From positions 192,001 to 256,000 of the forward strand of contig CAVVKN010000023.1 in assembly GCA_963748825.1 (NCBI GenBank): a stretch of DNA of 64,000 nucleotides, given 5' to 3'. The translations under genes and the position numbers were made by a program. The first letter of the stretch is position 1, and each line of letters starts with the position of its first letter. Below are positions 30,494-39,579 of this stretch, piece after piece. The notes beneath the pieces were generated by a model, which was given only the letters and a program-made list of their open reading frames with translations, did not search any database and was not told where the DNA came from. This stretch comes from Methanotrichaceae archaeon (lineage in GTDB: Archaea > Halobacteriota > Methanosarcinia > Methanotrichales > Methanotrichaceae).

Positions 30494-30607
30494 GATAACT
30501 TGAGGTTAGCCAGGTGAAACAGCGAAGAGCCAAATCTTTTACCATAATTATTATATCCTACCTGCAACAATGACTTTTAAGCAAGAAGCGTACTTCCAAA
30601 AGAATTT

Positions 30608-31678
30608 GTGCTAGATTTGAGGATAGGAGGGTGGAAAACGAGGGCATGCAAGGCGGAAATTTTGATAATAGTACTATTATTTAGCTTTGCCTTTCCCTCT
30701 GAAGGACGCATCGGGTATGATATTAAAGCTACGACAAATTCTGCCAAATGGGAGATTCACCGTTCTACTCAAGAACTTACATTTAGTTTAAATGGCTCAA
30801 CCACAGGCACAGGGAATTTTTCTAAATATATCCGAACTCAAAATTTTGGTGGCATTAACTCGGCAGAATCATCCTACTCTCTATCTGGTTCCTTATATTA
30901 TAAAGAGATGACACTTCTTAAAACACTTGAAGGTCCTGTTTCAGTCAAGACCAAACTTGTAGATATTGAGATAGAGACACCTAACGAGACCAAGATCGAT
31001 TTATCGACCGGTGACATAGAAATTCAGGAGCAATGGCCTACCTATTATGCAAATTTAAAGCAGATACGGTATCTCGGCCCGGGGATCAGAACCAAAGAGG
31101 TGTATGAGAATAATGGAGATATAATCACTAATTCCCTCAATTCGTGGAAACTCAATAAAGAGAGCCTCTTCAAAGCTTATACAAATAAGACGGTAATCCG
31201 AGTTAATCTAACTCCTTCGCGAGTATATGAAGAACGTTTTTCTAACAAGTCCAGCACATATATATTGAATCTGGAGACCACCGGCGATCATGCAAGTTTA
31301 GGTGTGGTTAAAAAGAAATATTTCACAACAGAACGATTTGGACGGCCTGAAACAGAGAGTCAAATCTACCAGGATTATGTAGGGGATCTAAACACTACTC
31401 TTAAACTAAAAGTGGACGAATCAATCATTTTAAATCCTCCTGATGATTCCTGGCTGCCTTGCTGTTCCGGCGGATATTTCGACATGATTGAAAGTGATCG
31501 CAGGCATCTGGGTGCAGACGAGATCTTCAACTGTTCCTGCAGGGCAGGTTTCAATCAAGCGAAAAGCAACAATCAAGGTGGAGTTACAGTTGTTCCATCT
31601 CCTCCCATCCAGAGATTAGCATACATTGGTCTTCCTGTACCATCGGTAGAAATGCTGCCCGTGACGGATATACATTAG
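30608..31678 (+). CDS. Hypothetical exported protein with a Cys-containing C-terminal motif
   Basis: Hydrophobic N-terminal segment; WLPCCSGGYFDM..IFNCSC. Confidence 0.7.
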   Translation: MLDLRIGGWKTRACKAEILIIVLLFSFAFPSEGRIGYDIKATTNSAKWEIHRSTQELTFSLNGSTTGTGNFSKYIRTQNFGGINSAESSYSLSGSLYYKEMTLLKTLEGPVSVKTKLVDIEIETPNETKIDLSTGDIEIQEQWPTYYANLKQIRYLGPGIRTKEVYENNGDIITNSLNSWKLNKESLFKAYTNKTVIRVNLTPSRVYEERFSNKSSTYILNLETTGDHASLGVVKKKYFTTERFGRPETESQIYQDYVGDLNTTLKLKVDESIILNPPDDSWLPCCSGGYFDMIESDRRHLGADEIFNCSCRAGFNQAKSNNQGGVTVVPSPPIQRLAYIGLPVPSVEMLPVTDIH

Positions 31679-31751
31679 ATGAGTGCGATGCGATAGGATA
31701 AAACGCGATGTATTGCGTTTTCGTAAAGCATTCGTGAGCTATATAAGAGTA

Positions 31752-33211
31752 CATCGGTCATCGGTTAAGGACATTTAGGATGGATGTTGCACAATCTTAT
31801 CCTTTTTGTACTTAGGGTATTTTTATTTCAAGTTTAGTTATATATAGGTGCTGTGATCTAATTCTCCCCTCGAAGGGGTAGCAAATGGCAACAGATTGCT
31901 CGAAAGCAGAGCAGAGCTTCATAGAGAAAGATCTATGCACGATGTTTTCGCCTGAATTTTTAAGGAAGACCGCAATAGATACTGGTTTAATAAAACGTGA
32001 ACGCAAGATAGATGCAGTCGTCATGTTTTGGGTTTTGACTTTGAGTTTTGGGGTCCGTCTTCAGAGAACACTAGCCAGTCTGAAACGAAGTTATGAGAAA
32101 GAAGCTCACGAGAAATTAAGCGATAGTAGCTGGTATTACCGCTTTACTCCAGAACTCGTTGCTTTTCTCAAAGCATGCGTTATTCATGGAATTGAATACC
32201 TTGCCAAAGAACAAAGCCATAATTTTAACAAAAAATTAGTAAAGTTCCAAGATGTATTGATTCAGGATAGTACGATAGTTCGGCTTCATACAAGTCTGGC
32301 CAAACTCTATCCGGCTGCTCGATCCAAAGGAGAAGCTGCCGGCCTTAAGATCGCGGTTCTTGTCAGTGCAGTTGGAAACACCCCGGAAAGCATTTCTATA
32401 TACAAAGAACGCACTAATGAGCTTAAGACCATCAGAGTCGGCCCCTGGATAAAAGGGAAAATTTTGCTTATCGATCTTGGTTTCTATAAATATCAACTAT
32501 TTGCAAGAATAGCTGAGAACGGTGGATTTTTTGTCTCTCGATCAAAGGATAACTCAAATCCGTTAATTATAAAGGTAAATCGAGCCTGGAGAGGCCAGAG
32601 CATAGATGTGTGCGGGACATACCTCCAAGATGTATTGCCGAAGCTTCAAAGACAAATTTTAGATGTAGATGTTGAAGTCTCCTTTAAGCGCAGAGCCTAC
32701 AACGGAGTAAGAAGACCGGATACACATCGATTTCGTCTTGTTGCGATCTACAATGACGAAGATGAGAAATATCATACATATATTACTAATATTAATTCAG
32801 ATATTCTTGAGCATGAAGATATCGGAAAGCTTTACGGAGCTCGGTGGGATATCGAATTGATGTTTAAAGAGCTGAAGAGCAGGTACGCACTTGATGCCCT
32901 TGGTACAAAAAATCCTCAGATAATTGAAGCTTTTATTTGGGTTGCTATTTTAACGCTTCTTGTTAGCAGGAGAACATATTTCAATGTGAGAAAAATTCAT
33001 AAAGGTAAAAATATAGTGAGATTTACTCAGCTTAGGTGGAGCATTATTTTCGCAGAAAATGCGGATGATCAGCTAACGCTCCTTCTGCGATATATGGGAA
33101 TAACAAGGACTTTGGAAACTATAGCAGGGGTTTATGATAGTCAAGCCCTTGATCCGCACGTCAACCGTGAACGCTTTAGAGCTGAGTGGTGGGCTTAACC
33201 GATGACCAATG
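31752..33211 (+). mobile_element. Complete IS4-family (ISH8-like) insertion sequence
   Basis: 18-bp TIRs catcggtcatcggttaag / cttaaccgatgaccaatg (1 mismatch); 10-bp TSD tataagagta at 31742-31751 and 33212-33221. Confidence 0.92.
31885..33198 (+). CDS. IS4-family DDE transposase
   Basis: IQDSTIVRL, LLIDLGFY, YGARWDIELMFKELKS (YREK signature). Confidence 0.9.
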   Translation: MATDCSKAEQSFIEKDLCTMFSPEFLRKTAIDTGLIKRERKIDAVVMFWVLTLSFGVRLQRTLASLKRSYEKEAHEKLSDSSWYYRFTPELVAFLKACVIHGIEYLAKEQSHNFNKKLVKFQDVLIQDSTIVRLHTSLAKLYPAARSKGEAAGLKIAVLVSAVGNTPESISIYKERTNELKTIRVGPWIKGKILLIDLGFYKYQLFARIAENGGFFVSRSKDNSNPLIIKVNRAWRGQSIDVCGTYLQDVLPKLQRQILDVDVEVSFKRRAYNGVRRPDTHRFRLVAIYNDEDEKYHTYITNINSDILEHEDIGKLYGARWDIELMFKELKSRYALDALGTKNPQIIEAFIWVAILTLLVSRRTYFNVRKIHKGKNIVRFTQLRWSIIFAENADDQLTLLLRYMGITRTLETIAGVYDSQALDPHVNRERFRAEWWA

Positions 33212-33292
33212 TATAAGAGTATTAATATCGTATCCATCCTCAGTATACCTATAAATGTAAGATAGGATAGACTTAATTTTGAAGGTGATTAA

Positions 33293-34000
33293 TTGAGGGA
33301 GACTATCTTATTAATTGTTCTAATCTGCTGCACGACTCTCTGTTTCAATACCATTGCTCAAAGCGTTCCAGAAAAGGCTGCCCAACCAATGAGTTTCAGC
33401 GCTCAGGATACAATTGAGAAAACTGTTAAGCAAGTAAGTGCCGCAGCATCCGCATCCACAACCGGCCCCAAAGTGGCCCTAACTGTTCTAAAGCAGGATA
33501 GCGGGATGAATTTTTCTGATATGAACTATACATTGTTCTCGGCGGTAAGTGAGTTCGGATTGGCTGGCGTGGGAATAGGAGAAGTTGTAAAGTTCAACGC
33601 GCCCAAGCTCGAGTGGAAGCTTAAAGGGGTGCAGATACTGGGATGGAGCGGATTCAATAATACTACGAAGCAATTCCCTGCCGATAGAATGTTCCTTGTT
33701 GAAATTAGGGACAGTAACGGAGATTTGCTTTACAGATTCAACGATATTCAGAATATTTACTATGCATCCGCTACTGGACCAGTAGCTCATAAATTTGACG
33801 TACCAGCTTTGCCGGTGATTGGAGACTTTTTTGTAGTCTTCTATGACAGAGCTTCGATGGGCCTCGGAATGGAATTGAATAATGCAACTGGAAATTCTTA
33901 CTTTATCGTAAACGGTCAGCTGATTCCTGCCGAATTCAAGAATGCGAAAACAAATGAGACCCAAAAGGTCAACTGGTTGATCCGGGCTGTTGGCGAGTAA
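33293..34000 (+). CDS. Hypothetical exported protein
   Basis: aggtga RBS; signal peptide; beta-sandwich-like C-terminus ending NWLIRAVG. Confidence 0.7.
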   Translation: MRETILLIVLICCTTLCFNTIAQSVPEKAAQPMSFSAQDTIEKTVKQVSAAASASTTGPKVALTVLKQDSGMNFSDMNYTLFSAVSEFGLAGVGIGEVVKFNAPKLEWKLKGVQILGWSGFNNTTKQFPADRMFLVEIRDSNGDLLYRFNDIQNIYYASATGPVAHKFDVPALPVIGDFFVVFYDRASMGLGMELNNATGNSYFIVNGQLIPAEFKNAKTNETQKVNWLIRAVGE

Positions 34001-34073
34001 AAGAATAATCGATATGCTGCTGCAGTTTATGCAAAATACATACTAGTTTTTCAAAGCGGCAGCTATTTTTTTA

Positions 34074-34367
34074 TTAGATATATCTAAAATTTTTTATTGG
34101 AAGTCCCACTCCACCCTCGCGGCCATCTAGCCCTCCTTGGCCGATCTCGGGACGTCTTCGCAAAGGAGGCGAGGCCGTGCACAGTGGCTCCAGCACTCTC
34201 CGCATTGTCCGCACTACGGGCGGGAGCTGATATTCATGGAGAATGACGGTGCCACCCTGGCCTGCATGGTCATGGCCGGAAGAGTACTCGGATAAGGACG
34301 AGACGGAAAATCCTGCTTTCCTTAAGGTTTTAATGACCTCCTGTGAGGAAAGAGATGGAAACTTCAT
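34074..34367 (-). pseudogene. hicA: Truncated HicA-family toxin (only the first ~20 aa are HicA-like)
   Basis: MKFPSLSSQEVIKTLRKAGF, then no GSH motif; start overlaps the hicB stop. Confidence 0.55.
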
Positions 34368-34612
34368 TAGGCTGATACCTCGATCAAGGCCGTGAACTTG
34401 TGCGCCGAGGTCAAGGCTGCATCCAAATCATCTCGCATCCCGAGCTCTCTTGCATTTTCCAGATAAAGCTCCAGGGCTTCCTTCAGATTGCTCAGGGCCT
34501 CCTGCGATGTGTCTCCACAGCTTGCGATCCCCGTTTCAGGAGATTTGGCTACCCATACGCACTCCTCTTCCCACAGCGTAGCAGTTAGATTAAGCTTCTT
34601 CATTTTCATCAA
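34367..34612 (-). CDS. hicB: HicB-family antitoxin
   Basis: WVAKSPETGIASCGDTSQEALSNLKEALELYLE. Confidence 0.85.
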   Translation of the reverse strand: MMKMKKLNLTATLWEEECVWVAKSPETGIASCGDTSQEALSNLKEALELYLENARELGMRDDLDAALTSAHKFTALIEVSA

Positions 34613-34866
34613 CCTCGGATCTACTTGAAAATCCGCACTGATTTAATAATGGTCTAACCTCATTAATCCTTGTATGTCAAGCTGCGTCAGATTTTATTCC
34701 AAACTCATATGTGCCAAGAATTCGCGATCTTCTCAACCAGGTACGCGAAGACTTTGCAGCTAAAAAGAAACCGGGATTTGCTCTCAGCCAATGAACTTGT
34801 ATGGGGTGACTTCCTCACCAGCCCAAAGGATAGGAGCTTTATGTTATCACTCTCTATCCTATTTCT

Positions 34867-36265
34867 ATGAGAACCATTTCTGCAGAAGAGATGGCTGCCA
34901 TCGATACCAATTGCAGATACTTTGGCTTGCTACCTCTTCAGCTCATGGAAAATGCAGGTGCAGCTCTAGCTCGAGAGGTTACGGCCAGAGCCAAGGGAAG
35001 AGAGGATCGCCATCGTCGCCGGCCGCGGCAATAACGGCGGCGATGCCTTTGTCGCCGCCCGCCATCTGGTCGGCTTTGATGTAACCGTTTATCTCCTGGG
35101 CCGATCCAGGGATATCGCCACTGAGGAGGCAAAACGGAATTGGGAGATTTTAGAGCGACTGGGCTATGACCTGCACGAGATAAAGGACATATCTGAACTG
35201 TCCTTGGAAAAATGCGACCTGATATTGGATGCCATCTTCGGCACGGGCGTGCGCGGCGCCGTCTTGGGCCTGGAAGCCATGGCCATAGATGCCATCAACT
35301 CTTCCGGAAGGCCAGTGATCTCGGTCGATGTTCCCAGCGGACTAGGAACCAACAAGGTCGTGAGGGCTGACACCACCGTGACCTTTCACCGGCCCAAGCC
35401 GGACATGCCCGGCAATGTTATTGTAGCGGATATAGGCATACCACCTGCGGCAGAGTTCTTCGTAGGAGAGGGCGATCTGTGGCTAATGGGAAGAAGGGCC
35501 CTGGAAAGCCACAAGGGCGATTCTGGACGGATACTGGTGATTGGCGGCGGGCCATACACCGGTGCGCCGGCACTCTCGGCCATGGCCGCACTGCGCGCGG
35601 GTGCGGACATTGTCACTGTGGCCGCGCCGAAGACTGCGGCAAGGACCATCTCAGGCTATTCTCCCAACCTGATCGTTCAGGAGCTATCGGCAGATCACCT
35701 CTGTCCCGAGGACATAACAGTTCTCAAGGAGCAGATTGCCAGGCATGATGTGGTGGTCATGGGCATGGGACTGGGAAGGCATCCAGAGACGATGGAGGCA
35801 TTGGCCGAGATTATCCCACTCTGCAAGAAGACGGTTATTGATGCCGATGCCCTGCAGCCGGATCTGCCTTTGCAGGGCATTGTCACGCCCCATGCGGGAG
35901 AATTCAAGAGAATCAGCGGCCTCTCTCTGGTCGATCTGGACTACAGAGAGAGGGTGGAGCCGCTCAAAGAATATGCCCGCAAAAAAGGCCTGGTGGTCCT
36001 GCTCAAAGGCAAAGTCGATCTGATCTCAGATGGAGAGGTGGTGCGAGCCAATACCACAGGAAATCCAGGCATGACAGTGGGCGGAACGGGGGACGTCCTG
36101 GCGGGAATTACGGCCGCGTTTTACGCTCGAACCTCCGCTTTGCGGGCAGCGACGGCAGCAGCCTTTGTCAATGGCAGAGCAGGCGATCTGGTCTATCCAG
36201 AGAAAGATTTCGGCATGGTTGCCACGGACGTGATCGAGAAGATCCCCCAGGCTATGAGGCTGTGA
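34867..36265 (+). CDS. nnr: Bifunctional NAD(P)H-hydrate epimerase/dehydratase (frameshift near 35000)
   Basis: LQLMENAG, AGRGNNGGDA, DAIFGTG, HKGDSG, VTPHAGEF, VGGTGDVLAG. Confidence 0.88.
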
Positions 36266-36269
36266 GATC

Positions 36270-36737
36270 TTGGCAAAAGATGAGAAGCTTGCCGGAATGG
36301 TGGATATCACGGAAAAGCCGGCCGTTTTCAGAAAGGCCACAGCCACGGGATCGATCCGGCTTCAAGAAGCCACTGTTGAGGCCATAAAGATGGGTCAGGT
36401 AAAGAAGGGGGACGTTCTCACCACCGCCCGACTGGCCGCCATCCTGGCAGTCAAGGACACGCCTCGTTTGATTCCCCTCTGCCATCCTATTCCCATCACC
36501 GGGCTGGAGGTGAACTTCGAGATTGAGGAGAGGCGGGTCAGGGCTACAGTCACAGTGACTTCAGAGGGAAAGACGGGTGTGGAGATGGAAGCACTGACAG
36601 GTGTAGCGGTCGCACTGCTGAACGTTTGGGATATGGTCAAGTACCTGGAGAAGGACGAGACGGGCAACTATCCGGAGACGGAGATAGAAACGATCCGGGT
36701 GATAGAAAAGAGGAAGGGAGAACCAATTCGTTCATAG
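36270..36737 (+). CDS. moaC: Cyclic pyranopterin monophosphate synthase
   Basis: MVDITEK, KKGDVL, LIPLCHP, TGVEMEALTG, WDMVK. Confidence 0.93.
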   Translation: MAKDEKLAGMVDITEKPAVFRKATATGSIRLQEATVEAIKMGQVKKGDVLTTARLAAILAVKDTPRLIPLCHPIPITGLEVNFEIEERRVRATVTVTSEGKTGVEMEALTGVAVALLNVWDMVKYLEKDETGNYPETEIETIRVIEKRKGEPIRS

Positions 36738-36807
36738 GATGCACCATAATCTCCCTGATCCAATTCCCATGATCATGAGCGGTTCAAGCCAGAGATTGGC
36801 ATAACGC

Positions 36808-38142
36808 TCAGACTTTGATCCCAAACTCCGGCAGCCTCTCCCTTGCCGCCTCGCGGGCCTGCTGGTGCTCTCGCAGGAAGCTTTCGATCCTCTCCGCCAC
36901 ATCCTTCTTGCAAGTTCCGCACATGCGCCTGCCCGAGCGGCATTGTGCATCCAGCTCCAGCAGTTCTTTGTCGTCCTGGGAGAGATGGAAGACCAGAAAC
37001 TCGTAGATAGAGCACTTATCCGGCTCGCCTCCCAGCTTCTTTTGCTCGGCCAGGCTCTGCCTGCCACCCGTAATGGCCCGCATGATCTTCTTGCCTGCCT
37101 CTTTGGGATCTTCCGTGAGAGCAATGTGGCTCTCCGGCTTGGAGGAGGACATCTTGCCGCCGGTCAGGCCGGTCATGAACCGGTGGTAGATGGAGGCAGG
37201 CGGTATGAAGCCGTAATGCCCATGCTCAATTTCTAATTTTATTATGAGCCGGTCGATTGCTTCCAAGAGAGCACCTGAGACAAGGCCATCCCTATCTTGA
37301 ATCTCAGTGACATCGATGTGCTCCTCGTACCGCTTCACCCTTCCCAACCCCATTTCCTTCAAAGCAAACTCCGCTGCCTGCATCAGCTCCGGACTGGCCG
37401 CTTTGCCCCGGATGCTGATGTAATCTTTGCGCAGCTCCACCAGAAACTTTCTCATGCGGTAGGCGAGGTCGCGTGTGAGCTTTATATGGGGATCTTGATC
37501 GGCCCCTACCGGGATGACGACTGGCTTGGGTCCGCCGAATTCCTCTAATTGAGGATGAAGGATGTCTGCGCTCTGGGCCATGACGCTCTCCATGTGAGAG
37601 ATATGGGTCTCGCCGGAAAATCCGTAGATAGCACTGACCTCGGAGAAGTTGGCCTCTCTGCCCAGCTCAAAGGCCAGATTCCTCATTTTATAGTTCTCCG
37701 ACTGGAAGTAGATATGGCTGTTTTCTTTTGGCTCAAAGCCCAGGGCGATGAGGCTGAGGAGATACTCGTTAATGCCTAGGATTCTGCATTTCTCCCAGCT
37801 TATGCCCCGCACGGCATGAGCTTCCATATCGGCGATAGCTGCAAAAGCGTCCCCTCCCTGCTGCTGGTGCCAGATGATCTCGTTCATGACCATCATGTGT
37901 CCAAAATGAGCTCTGCCGGAGGGCATGAAGCCGCTCATGACGGCAAAGGGCTCATGCCTTTGCATGGCACGAAGAACTGAGTCGTAGTTTCTGTGGCCGA
38001 AGATGATCTTGCGCGCCATGTAGGGATGAGGCTCTTTAAGCTCGGGAAGGATATCGTCAAAGCTCGAAATGCCAAACTCCAGAAAGAGCTTGGTGTAATC
38101 GTCTACATGAACAGCGCCCCAGGGATCAAGCTTCAATTCCAT
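36808..38142 (-). CDS. trpS: Tryptophan--tRNA ligase (archaeal)
   Basis: SGFMPSGRAHFGH, PVGADQDPH, KMSSS. Confidence 0.93.
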   Translation of the reverse strand: MELKLDPWGAVHVDDYTKLFLEFGISSFDDILPELKEPHPYMARKIIFGHRNYDSVLRAMQRHEPFAVMSGFMPSGRAHFGHMMVMNEIIWHQQQGGDAFAAIADMEAHAVRGISWEKCRILGINEYLLSLIALGFEPKENSHIYFQSENYKMRNLAFELGREANFSEVSAIYGFSGETHISHMESVMAQSADILHPQLEEFGGPKPVVIPVGADQDPHIKLTRDLAYRMRKFLVELRKDYISIRGKAASPELMQAAEFALKEMGLGRVKRYEEHIDVTEIQDRDGLVSGALLEAIDRLIIKLEIEHGHYGFIPPASIYHRFMTGLTGGKMSSSKPESHIALTEDPKEAGKKIMRAITGGRQSLAEQKKLGGEPDKCSIYEFLVFHLSQDDKELLELDAQCRSGRRMCGTCKKDVAERIESFLREHQQAREAARERLPEFGIKV

Positions 38143-38303
38143 GGCCCAAGGGAGTGAAAACGATGATATATCTATCTTCTCATTGCTATTTTGAGGCTAG
38201 ATCTGCCATGGATCGTGATGAGATAATTGGCTGGCGTTTTAGTCGTTGTCTAATGCTTGCGATCATGGTCAATCCAACACAGGGATAGGTTTCGGACAAA
38301 TTA

Positions 38304-38475
38304 GCGCTCTGTGCCTGCGGTGGTGGTAGTATCGTCAGCTATCTGTCATAACAAGCAGCTAACGACGTTTCAATTGCAGAATCCACAGAGTTCACAGAAG
38401 AACGCACAACGAGAAAAACTAACAACTATGAAACGATAGTAACTTGAGGTTAGCCACGGGAGATTGCGAAGTGAC
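38304..38475. repeat. Degenerate copy of the dispersed ctctgtg/cacagag palindromic MITE-like repeat
   Basis: Aligns by eye with 50164-50391 and 42641-42780. Confidence 0.75.
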
Positions 38476-38817
38476 AGAATTTTCGAGCTTGAACAACGGA
38501 AATCACAGGGCATCATTACATAAAAGATCCGTGTTAACCGGCATATATAAAAAATAATAATTATTATGTTTTTTGATATTTTTACTTATTTTACAATTTT
38601 AGAATTTGTGTGGTTTGTCCCCCCTTACGAATGAGCAGAAGAATTCCATTTTTCTGGATCTATGAATTAGAATAGATATTATCATCACGCTGAATGAATA
38701 TCTTCACGCAGTTGCATATTTATAGCATAATCTTAAGGCAAAAACAATAAGTAGTCGAGAAATAAACTATTTATATCATAGGGTATTTCTTATACCTAAA
38801 AATAGAATGAGGTCATT

Positions 38818-39213
38818 ATGAGACAATTCTCTGTAAAAGTTCTGGATGATGCCGACAGGGAGTTCGTAGAAGTTCTGCGAGAACTCAGCATTCCCAGAAA
38901 TGTGGCCAGTATGATCACCTACCTAGCCAATGTGGAGGAAGCCACCTCTCGGGAGATAGAGATAGGCTCGAACCTGCGTCAACCAGAGGTGAGCATTGCT
39001 ATGCGCACGCTGCGCAATAACAACTGGGTGGAGGAAAGAGAGATCAAGAAGGACGGAAAAGGCCGGCCCATGAAGGTCTACAGGCTTACTATATCCTTAG
39101 ATGAGATCATAAAGCACTTTGAGGATGAGAAGCGAAAAGAGTCGGCTAAGACCCAGGAGAGCATCGAGAAGCTCAAGGAACTAAGTAGGGGCTTGAGCGT
39201 AACGCCTTCATAA
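38818..39213 (+). CDS. Archaeal wHTH transcriptional regulator (TrmB/ArsR-like)
   Basis: ATSREIEIGSNLRQPEVSIAM..L..WV..GKGRPMKVY. Confidence 0.82.
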   Translation: MRQFSVKVLDDADREFVEVLRELSIPRNVASMITYLANVEEATSREIEIGSNLRQPEVSIAMRTLRNNNWVEEREIKKDGKGRPMKVYRLTISLDEIIKHFEDEKRKESAKTQESIEKLKELSRGLSVTPS

Positions 39214-39406
39214 TGCAAAGCTGATGAGATGGCAAAAAATGCAGCCCATCTCTTCATAGCTTTGCAGTGGGGCCTTATGCCAGTTCGACCTGGAAAATAA
39301 AGACAAGATATATTTTGGCCAGTCAAACGCGTTCCCTTGATTTGGCACATTGCCAGGACCGCTTTGAGCGTTAGGCCCCCAGATTGAATCCTTTGCGCAA
39401 AAGGAT

Positions 39407-39529
39407 TTATTTCTCTTCTTCTCCCCTACCCCGGAGGTCATCGAGGTTATCTTCCATGAGCTTCTTGCTTTTGGTCTCTTCCTTTTTGCCACCCTTTCTC
39501 TCTGTATTTCTTTTCTTAAAATCAGCCAA
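39407..39529 (-). CDS. Possible 40-aa highly charged small protein
   Basis: aggtga RBS, then TTG-ADFKKRNTERKGGKKEETKSKKLMEDNLDDLRGRGEEEK-TAA. Confidence 0.4.
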   Translation of the reverse strand: MADFKKRNTERKGGKKEETKSKKLMEDNLDDLRGRGEEEK

Positions 39530-39579
39530 GAATCTCACCTATATCTCATCAACTCAGGGAACTGTAATTAACCTTTCCA

